A DNA stretch of 60,000 nucleotides. Source: Amphiscolops sp. MND2022 (taxonomy: Eukaryota). This document shows positions 38,525-53,500 of this stretch, one piece after another. The stretch lies in assembly GCA_964187785.1 (NCBI GenBank), contig OZ076409.1:21516001-21576000 (forward strand). Direction: 5' to 3'. The notes under the pieces are model-generated. The model was not told where the DNA came from, did not search any database, and was given only the letters and a program-made list of their open reading frames with translations. The position numbers and the translations under genes are program-made. Positions within the stretch are counted from its first letter, which is position 1. Every line of letters starts with the position of its first letter.

Positions 38525-41500
38525 ATGGTTGTAGATTCTGATGCAGACACGGATTCAGTATATGAGGTTGAGTACGAGAGGCAAAGTCACTTAATCACCT
38601 TGGATGAAATTTACAAACTCGCCAAGAAAATAAGCGAAGACTTCGACGAATTTTCTAAGGTTTGTCAGTATTTATTGCTTTATCATTTTTCGCTTTCATT
38701 CAACTTCCGAACTAAAATAATTTCTGAATTTTTCAACACCATTATGCAGTCATCCTTGGTTGGCGACTGCTTTGGTCATTTCGAAAACCTTCCGTGAGTT
38801 AATTAGCTTGAACGTAGTATGCGCCAAAATTGTTTGAGTGCTCGATATTTGATTAATTGAAATTCCGTTCTGTCCATAAGGACCCAGCTTTGCGGCTCTC
38901 ATCTTACGCATCATCTGTGATTTGAATTGAGTCAAATCTAGTTTTTATTGATTTTTTGGTTTAGCATTGATGCTAATTTGGTTTGCGTACAATAATTATT
39001 TTTTGGAGCTGCCCGTTCGGCTTCCTTTTGTGTTCACTCTATCATTTTTTTCTTACAGTTATCAGAATTTGCATTGTGCTTTTTGGGTCTTAAGCGGGTC
39101 GTTTTGTTTATTGAGACGTTCTTGTCTTGTTTGTCATAAACTTACCGACAATTGATGTTACTAATGAAGAATTTGGTTCTACAATCTTTTCTTTTTTCTT
39201 TCATATATTACAAGTATAAACCAGCTGGGGACGGTTCTGGCGTTTCGAGTATGTTTTGGACGTCCTTAGTTCAAGTTGACGATGTTGAACAAATGAACAA
39301 AAAAGGTGGACCAATCGCGTTGAACTGACAAAAAAACTAGCCACTGTAAGAGTCGTGCATTTTCTTGGCAAACGCCGACTGAAAGGGACCGCGCGTATTG
39401 AAACCACAAGTTCTTTTAGAAACTTCATCTTACGCATCATCTGTGATTTGAATTGAGTCAAATCTAGTTTTTATTGGATTTTTTGGTTTAGCATTGATGC
39501 TAATTTGGTTTGCGTACAATAATTATTTTTTGGAAGCTGCCCGTTCGGCTTCCTTTTGTGTTCACTCTATCATTTTTTTCTTACAGTTATCAGAATTTGC
39601 ATTGTGCTTTTTGAGTCGTAAGCGGGGCGTTTTGTTTATTGAGACGTTCTTGTCTTGTTTGTCATAAACTTACCGACAATTGATGTTACTAATGAAGAAT
39701 TTGGTTCTACAATCTTTTCTTTTTTCTCTCATATATTACAAGTATAAACAAGCCGGGAACGGTTCTGGCGTTTCGAGTATGTTTTGGACGTCCTTAGTTC
39801 AAGTTGACGACGTTGAACAAATGAACAAAAAGGCGGACCAATCGCGTTGAACTGACAAAAAAACTAGCCACTGTAAGAGTCGTGCATTTTCTTGGCAAAC
39901 GCGTATTGAAACCACAAGTTTTTTAGCCTGTTTGTGCCCATTGTACAGAGGGGGCCTGTTGGTAAAGGTTAATGAGAGAAATAACAAAAAAACGGTCACA
40001 TAAAAACAATTCTAAAAACATCGGCAAGTGGAGGATGATTTATAAAATAGGTCATCGTATCTCAATTTTATTGAGCGTCCAGAGAAAAGGTGTTGATTCT
40101 ATGATTAGTCACACTCGAAGGATTGTCAACTTCATGACAGCCCTCCCTCGTGGACAACAGCGCTGTTCGAAGATTTCGTGGCTGGTTGACAACGCGTGGA
40201 CCTACAGCCTCTCAGACACTGGACGCAGTTGCGGTATAGGGCGCAATTTATTTTAGTTCGGATATAGCTCATGGCTTCAGAGTAACTTTCAGTGCTTTTT
40301 TCGTTGACTTTTGACGCAAGTTTGGTTATGGTTATTAATTTCGTGGCTGATGGTGTCCAGTGCAGACAAATACGAGCGTGTTGCAAGTGCTTTTTTTCAA
40401 CGTTGATAATTCGCGACTCATCTTTGAGCTTCTTGTGTTTCGTGGAACTTGTATGCCTGGTTGATATCTTTCGGGCATGATTTGGCTAGTGGGTTAAAAA
40501 TTTTTACGTTGAAGAAAGCTCGGCAAAAACGTGAATCCCAGAGTCCATTGGCTTTAATGTTTAGTCTTGCTTCGTCTTCAGTTGTCGTGGTTTTATGAAC
40601 GAAGGACTCGCCTTCTCACGGCTGAAGCTGCGGCTCGATTTCGGAATCCGAACAGACATCCTTCATGATGGCGGCGAAAGTGTCTCGAATTTCATCGTGT
40701 CGCATTTGTGTATTACCACCTTTGTTGCCTTGAAGGGAATGCGACAGCCTAAATGTGTCTCCGCACGGACATTTTGCCGGTATTTTTAGTGGTTCCCAGC
40801 CAATAGCGCAGAGCTAAATCGTCGCGTCAATGTGTTCGATTCTACATTTTTGACCAAGACAGTTGCTGGTTTGTGCCAAAGAGCTTCAGGTCATTCTGTA
40901 TGCATCGGAGTATGCTTCGACCTATGATGCGTCTCAGAACACCGATGGGTCTTACGCCTGGGTTTTTGACTAAGGCGTTGTAAGGCTCTAGAATGTCAGT
41001 GGCGATTCTTACCGCGATATGCGCGACTGTGCGGCATAGTGATGTCGACGCTTGGTTGAAATTGGAAAGCCAGCGCCGCCATTCGTTGGCGTCCACACCA
41101 GATGGTCCATGGCTTCCGTGTGTCTTCATGCGGCACTACGAATGACACTGCTTTGAATTTTGTCGAAAATCACAGGGTGGTATGGTGTGCCGGTTCTATA
41201 TAGTGGTCGTCGTGGAGATGTTTCTTTCAAGATGTCGAGGACTGATTTCTTATCGATTTTCTCTGTCTGTGAGCCGTCTTTTTCACAATCGTTGATACAT
41301 CTCAGAGCATTCGAGATCTTTACTGCGGACATGTGTGCATCAAATTCTCTGAGTTCATCTTTCCTACTCCGGTTTCGTTGACCCTTTCTGTAATGCTTCT
41401 GTCTCGTGAAATAGGTCTTCGATTTCACCTGTCAGCCACATTCTTAGTCTCCTTGTGGTTAATTGGTTTCGAGATGTGTCGGGCTCACTGCGGGTTCTCG

Positions 41501-44500
41501 CCAATATCAGTTGGGGAAAAGCATTGCAGCATACAGAGCTATGCTCGCTTTGCTACTGCTCTCTGCAAATAGTGTCAAAAAGGCAGTTCATTGTTTCTAT
41601 AAACTTGTGTCCTGTTTTGTTTTTGGGTAAGGTGATGAATTGTGGTTTCCAGTGGACTACTTGTTTGTAAAAATAACGAATCTGGGAGACTTTCTCTGGA
41701 GTAATGTTTGTCCAGAAGCTATCAGCAATTGGCTCTCCATCTAGTTGACTTCTAAGGAGTTGTTGATCCACGGAGTGATATAAATATCAAGTTGTGGTGC
41801 GTTGGCTTGGTCCAGTATGTTTACGGCAGATGGTTTACCTGTGGGATTGGATGCTTCGGTTCCCGAGCAGCGAACGCAAACAAAATCTTTGGACCAGTTT
41901 TTCGTCGCGAAAATACCACTGCATTTTGTGTGAACGTAATTGCATACGGCACACCACACCTCGATTTCGTATGTGGGTATGGAAAATGCTACAGTGTTTG
42001 ATTTGTTGACATTTCGGAGCTAGAGCTGTCGTCAATTATTTTCTTGCTCTATATGAGAAATTTATATAAAACTACAAAATTTCGGTGAAGACAAAATTCC
42101 CAAATCTGGAGAAATGAATGCCGTCCCTGCTAAAAATCACCAATGAAGAATTTGGTTAAAAATAGATCACAAGACATAAATTACAGTCGTACATCAATCG
42201 GATTGCTCTCCAACTGTCAAAGTAGTTTGATGAGGGGCAATACCGTGGAAGACAAAAAATCCTATGGACAAAAATCATAAATCTTAAAATGAGACAAAAT
42301 ACCCAATTTTCTCAACGAGAAAAAATCGCCGATTGGTAACAATGAAAACAACCGCCGATTTCGCAGAACAAAGTTTAAAGTGAATGGAATCGCTGAGATG
42401 ATGCAACTTTTTTTGAAGCGGCACTAATCGTGAACGAAAAAGTCCGCATCGTGGCCTAATCAGTGTTCTGAGTCAATACGTTCTGTGATTAGTATCGCCA
42501 ACAGCAAAAACGGAATTATTACGTACGCGACGTCAATATTCAACGATGAACCTCAGAAAAGTATTTTTTGCATTGTATCCGAACAAATCACAGTAAACTG
42601 TCACAATCGATCATAAAAGCAATAGGAGGGCTTTAGTGAGGTGAATGACGAACTTTTTACCATGGTTGATTTCTCCGTGTGTTGTGTATACCTCGTGTTA
42701 GCAACTGAGAACTGAATCAAGGACCCTAAAAATCCGTTCAAATGTTGCTTTTAGAATCATGTGATTAATTCTTGGTCTTCAATAAAATCGTTTTGAAGTT
42801 GCAGATGCTAACACTACCCTATCTCGTGGAAGACGTTGAAAAACCTCACTATCCTCTAAAACTTCCGAATTGGAGTAAGTGACGAAAATCAAAGTTGTTT
42901 GCCTTCGTTTCACTGTCGAAATGAAAAAATGGTCCTCCAGTACGTTGTCTTGAGCGCGTGGGGGAATTTCGCCGATATACGTTAAAACTTTTGGCTTTGG
43001 AATGTTTCTTCCGTGAAATGAAACGGGTTTCTACCGTTTTTCTCACTCTGTTGACCATTTTCCTGGTCGGATCTGCCGCATGTAGTTCAATTTCACTTGC
43101 AATAGGACAATCGCGTTGTAACTAGTTTTTTGGTTCATCATGGTTTGTTTTTGCGCGAACTTTGATACGTTTTGAACTTCCGGGCGTGCACTCTGTCAGG
43201 GTTCGGTCCGTGGCACTGATCGTTTTTCGATATCACCAGATTGTTTTGACTTGCAGTCTGTCGTAGTAGTTTGGCTCGATGCGTCGAGATATCCCGTTTT
43301 CCCCGTTCTATCCGTTCAGGTACACTTAAGCTACTAAAATAAAGTTAATAATTAGCGGATTCTCCCGAGTAATGCTTTTGGATCTTTCTTGTTCTGCTGG
43401 CTTGTCATGCTTCAGATAATATTAATGTTTAACCTTTTAATTTCACTTCCACTTTTTCCGCATAATTACCTCAAATCAGCTGTTCTGTCCCATTTCAAAA
43501 TCAGCTGTTATGTGCTGTTTGTCATCGGCTGTTTTGTACCGCATCCCTAGCGATGATGGTTTTTAATCAGTCCAAAAGGTCCCTGACTTTCTAGTTGTTA
43601 GCTCTGCTATTGTATCGAGCGAGTAATTTTTTTGAATGAATTTTTGGCGCTACACGAATTAATCCGGCATTACAGAAAGTCAGGGCGTGGAATCGCCTCT
43701 ATTCTAGCCAATCAGAATTAGGCGCGAATTTCTCCATATATTTAAATTTCGCCGCTATAAAAACTCGCTTTTCTTTCATGTATTCCAGCAAAACTTGACA
43801 TTTATTGCTATTGTTTGCATAGAATTTTTTGGTTTAAGAGTTGAGAAAATTTTGTAATTTTAGCGTTATTTTCAGCTGTGGTGCTCTGTGGTTTTCTAAA
43901 TTAATTTTAGCCAACGATGTTGAAAATGGGTGTGGAAGTCATATCGAACAGTTTCAAAATTGAAAATCCTTTCTCGATCTAAGATGTTGAAATGTTTTTC
44001 AAAATATATTGCCGATTTATGTAATTTGCCGACATATCCTATAACCCGCAGATGCGTATTTTTGGTAGTTCTTGACCGATTTTGCCCTTTCTGGAGTTCC
44101 TGCATAAACGTTTATTTTCAGAACCCATCTTCTAAAAAAGCAGAATCACTCAAGTTAGTTGAACATTGCGAAGTGTCAATCGATTGATTTCATGCTTGTG
44201 CGTTTGGACAAAATTCATTGGTCATCATTTCTCACCAATAAAAACTAAAAACACATGATACACATCCTTTTTTGGTTCTGATATTTCGTTTCTCTTCATC
44301 TCAGCACCTTTTTCAGATGGAATATCATCACAGCTTTGGAACAGTCAGAGAGGCTCATCGCTGCTTTTCAAAAACTAGAGGAAGAGAAGCAGGCTCTTCA
44401 AGACCTCTCGTCCCAACAGAATATGGATAACAGAAGATTGGCGGAAACTTTGAAAACTTTGGAGCAGTTTGTTGAGGTTAGTCTTGAGCGTTTGTTGACA

Positions 44501-47500
44501 ACCACCATTTTCACGCCGATCCTCGTTGGCATGTGAAATGTTTTCTAGGAAATGGAGGAATCTGAAGAATTGATGAAGGAAGAATTGCGATCGCTTTTGG
44601 CTGATTGTGAAAAACAGAAGCAAGAGAATGAAAGACTGAAGACGTTGATTTCTGAAGAGAGTGCCCCTCTGGTTGATGAACAAGTTGGCAGTTTTTGCAG
44701 CGACGAAGGTAAGGTCTCTATCTGAATTATAGGTTTCGAAGTACTTTCCCATTGAAAAAAGTCTCATCAAAATACAACAGATCTCATCGAATGTCTAAAA
44801 TCCCAAGCTAGTTACTGTAGTACTCATGTTATTCTGGTGTCTTTATTTTTCTATAAAGCTTTCAATTTTGAACGGTATTTGAACACTTCCAATGTTATAT
44901 TTTGATGTTTTGAATCAAAGAAAAAATCGGGGAAAAAACTGACACATTATCGAAAAAATGCAAAACCAATATAATCAAATTTTGAATTATATTAGTTATT
45001 CTTCTAGTTGGCTTTGGAAAGATAAAATCGGCATTGTTTAGATCCGAAAAGTCGTCTGCTGCATGTCGCAATGAAAAAAATGCTTGATATCCGAAATAAA
45101 ACGTTGTATCCGAATTATATCACGTTTCCAATATTACAATGAGTCTGGTCAAGTATGCAGATCAAAAAATTAGTTCTGAGCGAGATTCGAAGCCCCGACG
45201 TGCTAGCGAAGCATGCATCCTAACCAATGAAAAGTACACTGGAGCTTATCTTTGTAACAGGATGCTTCACTGAAGACTCAACGTGAGGTCGGTGTAATCA
45301 GCAGGTTGCTTCTTTCTATCTCGTTTGAGCTCTTGCTGACCTTTTAGAGAACTTTGCGAAGGAGACTTTGAGCCAGTTGAAGGAAACAAACCGTGCTCTG
45401 AGGCAGCAACTGGCCCTGTGTGAAACTGAGCTGGAGGAAGAGAAAGATAAGAACGAAGAGGTGAAACATCCTTTCCTCGTAGTTTGTTTGGTCATTTCAT
45501 GAATCATTGGCAGCAGCCAGTTTAGTTGAAGTTCAGCTATTCAGGTCTTAAAATACACTATGGTAGCAAAAAGCGACGTACAGCTGAAAATTAAATCTTA
45601 TTCAGTTTGTGAAGAACTTTTCATTTTCATTCTCAACCGGAAGTGAAATCAATCACTCTTGAATTAAACATTGTTGAAAATGGTCAAACCTTTGGATTCA
45701 TACGTTGTTTGCAAAATCGTTACACTTCGCGAAATGGGTTTATCATACAAAGGAATTAAAGAAAAGTTGGGTCTTAAATCTCGATCGACAGCTCAAACAG
45801 CTTATCAGCGTTTTTTGAGAACGAACTCTTATGTGGCGAAAAAACCTCCAGGCCGGCCAGAAAAGCTCAGCGAAAAAGAGCAAAGAATAATAGTTCGAAG
45901 AGTGGAAAAGGACCTAAAAACAACATTAGAACGAGTAAGAGTACTGCAAAACTCTTTTTCAACGTCACAGACAGTTTCTAAATGTACTATTCGAAAAATC
46001 CTGAAGAAGTGCGGAATGGTTTCTAGAAAAGCCGCAAAAAAGTTCAACTTGAACAAAAAACAAAGACTGATCAAAAAGCGCTGGTGCTCGAGAATGTTGA
46101 AAAAGCCCCTTGGTTTTTTATCCAGCGTCAATTTTCCACCGAAATGGGAAAAAGTTTTGGAATTTTTTGAAAAAAAAATACTTGAGAAAAATCTCAAAGT
46201 GCCGAAAAAACCAGAACGAAATAAAAAATTTTATCAAATCAATCACTTTCGTAGAGTGAACTAATAGCGCTTTCGATGGTGCGCTCAATGATACAAGACG
46301 AGATTATCTAAAGTCGGCGCTAAACCTAAGGCTCAAAAAGCGCAAAGTATAGAAACTCTGCTCAGGATTTTTATGAAATGACAAAAAACACCAAAAGATT
46401 ATAACGTTTGAAAGATGACCTTTTAGTTTTGTTCGGTTTTGTATGTTACGCTAAAAAAGAGAGAAAATGAGAGAGGGGACCTTCTGCACTACCTTAGATG
46501 CATTTTCGCCGGCCAGATTTGGGTGGTATTGTAAGCTTGAAGAAGGTTGATTTTGTTTCACTCGAACTTTTGCATTTTTGTTCTGAATTTTGGCTGGATG
46601 GAAACTAGGTTTCTGGGAAAACGTCGTTCGTATTCTCAGACAAAACCCGTGTGCGCTTGAATAGTGATGGCGTTGTGCGGGTGTTCAGGAAAACTGGTCG
46701 TCGCTTTTGCCCCAAAAACACCCAAGGAATACACACGGACAAAAGAATTATGATGTTTTGGGGGGCAATCAGGTCAGATGGTACGAAAATGCTAATTAAA
46801 TGTCCCGCAACACTTAACAGGTACGGTTATTTGGAGATTTTAAAGCAATACGGTCGACATTTGAATATACCGGATTTGGTGTTCCAGCAAGACAACGCCC
46901 TAGTACACAAAAGTGAAGTTGTTCGCAATTTTCTGACCCGAAAGCAATGGGAGGTGCTGGATTGGCCAGCTTACAGTCCTGACCTGAATCCTATTTAAAA
47001 TATTTGGGCCATTTTAAAAAAAAGCTTGCGAGGTCAGATTGTTACCTGGGAGAATTTAGAAGAAAAGGTTATGGAAGTGTGGAACAACATAAACCCTGAT
47101 GTTGTTCGCAACTTGTACTCATCGTATGAGAATCGTCTCGTGAAGGTAAACAAAGTCCATGGTAGTTTGACGGGATATTGATTCATTATTTGTTTCAACA
47201 GTTGTTTCAAATTTTACTCTGTTCTGTGTTTTTTTTAAAAAAATGTTGGTGTACGTAGCTTTTTGGTACCATAGTGTATGTTCGGAGAAAGTAAAAAATC
47301 ATATGCGTTAATCATCCACTATCAATCTTTTTACTAGTCTTTGGGCGATCTTGAAGAAATTCCTCTATAGCGAATTTTTTGCACATGACGAAGTCAATGT
47401 GCATTGCAGTCCAGCTAAGAAAGTTTTTTTTCCACAATAGTCAACTTCATAATGAGCGCTTTTTAGAATAAAGCCAAAACCCCAGAGAGATTCGAACCTG

Positions 47501-50500
47501 CAGCCTCCCGATTGCACGGCATAAGTGTTGACCACTGTGCCATAGGGACGTTATTGAACAAAGTTGAACTGTTGAATATATACGAATTGAACAAAGTTGA
47601 ACTGTTGAATATATACGCATGCGATTAAAATAATATATATACGCATATTAAAATAATCTATGTCTTCGTCATGTGTTGCGAAGCACCGCTTCGCCTCTGT
47701 GTTGATATTGGGTCTGGCTAAGGAAGGAGTTACCTTACTGCTCATATAGGCGAACTCGGTGAGCGTTCATTAATTAGATTGTACTTGACAGCTTACAGAT
47801 TTTGCGGATGACATCGAGTCGTTTGCGAAGACTCTGAAGACCAAGTGCCACAAACTTGAGTCAGAAGTGATGCAGCTGACGTCTGAACGAGACAACCTGT
47901 CAATCAAATTGGATGAGGAGGGGGCAAAGCTGAAACAACTGCAGAAGATCAATGTCCAAGTCTCAGCTAAGGCACGAGTAAGTAGGAACCATTTACGCTT
48001 TCAGTTTGTGTTTTCACTTCCATTTATGGTTGCATTATGATGGAAAATATGGATTAGCACTTTTGGAGATTCACCAAGGCAATCATGGTTTAATTTCATG
48101 GTCATGTATGTGCTGGTTTCTATGTTGGACTCCTTGTTCAGTTCTTCTCGAAACTACAAAGAGTTCTTTTGAAGAATTCCAATGTTGACCATCGTTTCCA
48201 ACAAAAATACGCAAAGTTTATATCGAAAAATCTTAACTTGAAAGATTGAAACAGCCTGACGTGACTATATGAGGAATTTTCAGTGCATTGTAATTGAAGC
48301 ACTAGAATTTTTTATCATTGTTTTTTTCTGGAATACAGAATCTATGCTAATACGGATTCGTTTCAGTCGACAACTTTTGGTCCTCTTCGAAACCAGACTC
48401 CTTTGTGTGAGGAGTTCACCGCAGAAGATGTGTACATCAATGGCAGCGGCCCAGACGCACTTAAAGGTCCTCGAACTAGACCTGATGAACAATTCGAGGT
48501 GACCTATTTGTACTTTATTCCCTTAGTCTGAAAGTTTTCATCTTCCAAAAAACATTTCCGACGTCTCGGGCACCCTGAAAATCAGGCACTTGACCTCTAA
48601 ATTTTGCTATGAACGAATCCATTGATTCATGAAGGCGTTTGTCCAACCGATAAGGGAGTTATTTGAAAGATCATTGATCATTTTGGATCATTCACCAAAC
48701 ATCGCCAAGTTTTTTTTCTGTGTGATTTTTGAAACTCGTAGTTTTCTGATACGAATTTTAAACGCTTAGAAGTTATATTCTGAGTTATTGCTTTCATAAC
48801 TTGAAGTTTCTAACACTATTTACACTGACACTGATTGATATTCGTGCATTCGACGTTGGATTCCACTCAACGTTGTTTTGACGACCAGTGCATTAGGACG
48901 CTTATGAAATGAAAAGACTAAAGAGGCTGAAGTGACGTAATATCCGAATTAGTGCCCACCGCGAAAGCGACGGCTAAATGTGACGCTTATCTGATCTTTT
49001 CAGATTTATTGGATTTTTTATTTATATCATATTAATGAGAATATCAAGTTCAGAAACCAGGGCTGTTCAAAAATGAATTGTCATAACAATAATTGTCATT
49101 TTTTCCACTGCTACTAGAAAATGTGATCATTGGAAAAAATGCAATAAAAATTGTAACATGTAAGTAAATGTAACATTTTGTTTCTGCGTCACTGTGTAAT
49201 TCATTCGCCGGTTTTTGAAACAGCGCTGAGAAAGTATCAGAACGGAGAGGAAATTTCAAGTCTGGAAAAGGACATTCTACAGAAAATTCATGCTACCACA
49301 CCATCCTAATAGTCAAATTTTCTTGGCAGTCAACCTGGACTTTCTGTTTTTCTTTTAATTTCAAATGTTTTACATATATTTTTTATATTAAAAAAATGTA
49401 ACAATAAATGCAATTATAATTGTTGACAAAGTTGAAAAATGTAATTAAAATTGTAGACTCGAAAAATGATTGCATTTTAATTGTGAACAGCCCTGTCAGA
49501 AACCTTGCTTGAAATTGACGAAAAGTTGAGTTTGCTTTTATCCAAACTGTTTTTTCGAAAACCGCTGTTTTTCAAAACGTTTTTCAAGTGATAGAGGTTA
49601 GTCACAAGCGCAACAAGTGATTACCGCGCTTTGAGTTCAAACCAAGTTTACTGTTGACCACTCTTGGTTCCGACTCCTTCTCGCGCCTTTTGTGCTTTTC
49701 ATTGTACAAATTCTTGATGCGATCTTTTGTGTTTAGGATGTTTTCGAAGTGTCTCAGAGTGGCATCTCCCAAGAAGAATCGTCATACGTTAAAATGGTGC
49801 AAGAGTTTGAAAAGTTTTCAGACTTACAGGTTGAACCACTTTTCAGAATACTATTTCCAACAAATGTATAGAAATTGGTATTATCTTTATCACTTGCTTT
49901 TCGCTTCAGTCGTTTTGTGTTGAAAAAATCAGCAAGCCGGTGACAAGTCAGTACCACGTCTCTAACCGCTACTCCATACAAGAAATGACAACAAGCTGTG
50001 AGAAACTGACAGAGAAACTTAATGCTTTGGTTAGAATCGGAGGTCTTTACTTTAGTTGGATGATTGGTTTGTAATTAAATGATGACGAATGTGTTTTCCC
50101 AGGATACCGCGGACATTACCAAAGAGTTTACAGAATTTCTTGCTGACGAAAGGCTGGATGAAAGTGCTCGCTCAAATGTGCTCACAGTAGTGACTGGTTT
50201 CATTGGCAATTCAACCTATTCTGTTTTCGAAGAAAGTTTCCCGGTTCTGGCTACTTCACTCATGCAAACAGTAAGCAAACTCATTTTGTTCAATGATGAA
50301 CTTAAAACTATTAAAAGTGTTTGTGTCCAATTGAAAGTCCTTTCAGTATCAACTCGGGAGAGAAACAAATTTGGGTATGGAATCTGGTCTCCAAACTCAA
50401 ACATCTGTGGACTTTTCACCGATGAGCGGCGAATTAGTGAGTATGAATACATATTTACACCTAAATTCGCCTAATTCGTATCGCTAGTGACCGAATAAAG

Positions 50501-53500
50501 TTTTACGAATAATGAAAAATACGAATTAACGGATGGTATTACTTTGGTCGTCGAATGGTGGTGTCAGATACATACAAATTAAACAAGTTCCGGATACAAA
50601 CTACCGGAGTTGACTGTATTTGCTTCTCATACGTTACTTTATGAATATCGACAAATGGTTTCTACTACCTTTTCCATCATAAAAGCGTTATATTCAATAC
50701 CTTGAACATTTCACCTCTACAAAATGCTTTGACGTTTGGAATACTCCCTGAAGATATACAAACGGTCTGTTATTAGCAGCAGTTTGAGATTGAGGCTTAG
50801 ATTTTAAATTACTTCGCCTGAGACTTGTATGACTTTTCATAACCTGTTGAGTGCAATTTTTTAATTGCAGAATCTCCTCGACGAGCTGAATAAAGCTATT
50901 GCTTCTGACTCGTTGGAAGAAAATGAATTTTTGCTTCGGCCTCATCTGTCTACTCTGAAGGAGGAGCCATCAGTTGAGATCGAAGACATGGGGACGGACG
51001 AGGAGGGTGATGTTCCTAAAGACGAGGCCACAAATCTTTCAGAAACGCCTGATGCGAAAACAACTGAAGTTTCAGAACCAACGACCGCTAATGAAGAAAC
51101 CTCAACTTCTGAAAGTAAAATTGTTCAGCTTGAGAACAATTCATCTGAAAATGGAGACATTCGTGTTGTTAATCATCCTTATGGGAATTATTCAAGCTAT
51201 GATGAAAATCATTTCATGTCTAGTGACGACTCATCGTCTAATCATGTCACCTGTGCTTCAGAAATAGCCGATGTTGTCAAAACATCATCTTTAGAGGGTA
51301 GAAATTTTGTTCTTGAACAATCATCCAAGAATGAATCTGAAGTTTCGGATGATATTTTAATCGAAAATTCGTCAACGGACGCTGAGAACTCTTCAATTTC
51401 AGGAAAATCACCCATAGCGCTATTTGTACTGTCTGAGGTTCAAAAGTTTGATGTAAATTCATTGCCAGAGAACCAAGGAGAAAATCTTCGAGAAGAATCA
51501 ACTGAAAAAGATAGTAGTCAAATGGATCCTTTATCTGCTGAAGTTGATTCAAAGGAGGTTGTTCAAAACTCGGTGCTAAGGAAAACGAATTTAGAAAACA
51601 ATGATTTCTCTGAACAATTTAATTTTGACATCGAAATTTCACTGTTGGAAAATATCGCAAATAATGATCTCAATCTATCGGCTGCTAAAATTTCGTGTTC
51701 TGGTGAATCAGCTGAAAATTCTTCAGTTGAAGTGCAGCATTTTACTCCTAGAAGTAACTTCGAAACCTCTGAATTACCGCAATCGGGAAGCATATGTGAA
51801 AACAAAGACGTCGGTGAATATTCTCCAATCATTCACCAGACAGTATCGAGTGAATCGAGCGTTGATTTTTCTTCTAGAGTTGAAATATCGAATTCAGTGA
51901 ATAATCCTTTTCAAAATGCGTCAGCTCTAGATGCGACTAGTAATATTGATGCTACAACGGCCAATCTTGATAGTTATCTGAAAACTGAAAGGGCAACGGT
52001 GAAAGTCACAGATCCCTTTGATATTGCAACGTTTGACGTCGATGCTTCGTTGCCGGATAACGAACTTTGTAGTAGTCCAAATGATGTCTCTGTGACCGCA
52101 ATATTTGATGTAGACGACGCTGTTTGTCGAATTGACTCAAACAAAGTCAATGAGAAAGGAGCAGTCATTATAACGCTCCCATGTCAATATTCAGCTGACG
52201 AGAACATTAGAGCTCGCAACAATTCCTCGATAGGTCTCCGGAAAATTTTCAAGCGATCTTCTAAAAAGTCCAAATCACGGCAATCATCTGTCAGAAAGAC
52301 TGAATCATATGAATTAGCCAATGTCTCTATGAAATCCTCATGTTTGGGATCAACTCATGTACAAAATCAATCATCCAAATCTGATATAATGGAAAGCAGA
52401 AAAACAATAAGTGAGAATGATCGTTTTGGTCTAGACAAGTCCATAATCGAACAGCAAAGCGAGGACGCTAATGGTGATTCGGCCAATGACGTTCAGTCTA
52501 CGAAGTTGTTGATACCCGATGACAATGAAATGAGGGCAGCTCGAGGCCTGAGATCAGCTACCATGTCATCGGTGGAAAGCGCAGACACTGAAAGTGGTAG
52601 CGTGGGAGTCGGAGAAGTCACTGTATCCAAGATGAAGATGTCGAGACAAGCGTCACGGGAGACCCGTTACAGGGTGAACTACAGTAAATCGATATCGCAT
52701 CGGAGGAAAACGGTGATGGAAGGGTTGCGTGAAGAGAAGTCCGTAGATGGTGAAATGGGAGATATCGTTGGGAAAGGAATCGTGCACCAGACAACTGCTG
52801 ATATTGTGCAGGAGTCTGATTTGAGGAAACAGAAACGATCCGATTTTTACAAGCAACAGGACGTCCAAGTCAAAACTGTTAGTTCAAAAGTTCGGTATAC
52901 TTACCATCAGAGTTTTGACATCGCTACTTTTTCTCGCTAAAAACAGCTAATTTCAAAATCGCTATTTCGCTGAAAAACTTTTCTTCAAACTATCAAATGT
53001 TTTAAAGTAAATAACTCAATTCAATTTTTGCAAGAAAAAACTAGAATTTTTCTTACTGTGTTGGTTTTACAAGAATAAAAATTGGAATTTTCGAAATGCT
53101 GAAACCATGTATTTTCCGAGGACTTTTTGAACTTGGACAGTCAAATTCGGAATTTGAACCGCGGATTAGCGGCGTCAAAACTGCTTACCATCCTAATAAA
53201 AACATGAATCTAGTCTCATAATGACAAGTCATTCATTTGTCACGATATCATGGAACAAGCCGGGAACGGCATAAGTCGGCGCCATATCTGAGGCTCAAAA
53301 ATAGTAAAAGGTCTTCGAGGTGTCAAGTATTCTCTTTTACAGTACCCGAAAAACCCAAAAGTTGGACCGAATTGGCGCACCGGGAGCCCGATAGCGTGTG
53401 CCCCTGGCGCGCTAAAAGGGAGGACCCTTTCGGATTTTTTAACATCCATTCTGTTACAAAATATCAAAAAATTGAAGGGGGACCCTTTGGAGAAAAAGTT

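Noticed and set aside
47481..47549. Functional tRNA gene
   Set aside because: A and B boxes are present but acceptor and anticodon stems do not pair properly; treated as a SINE head
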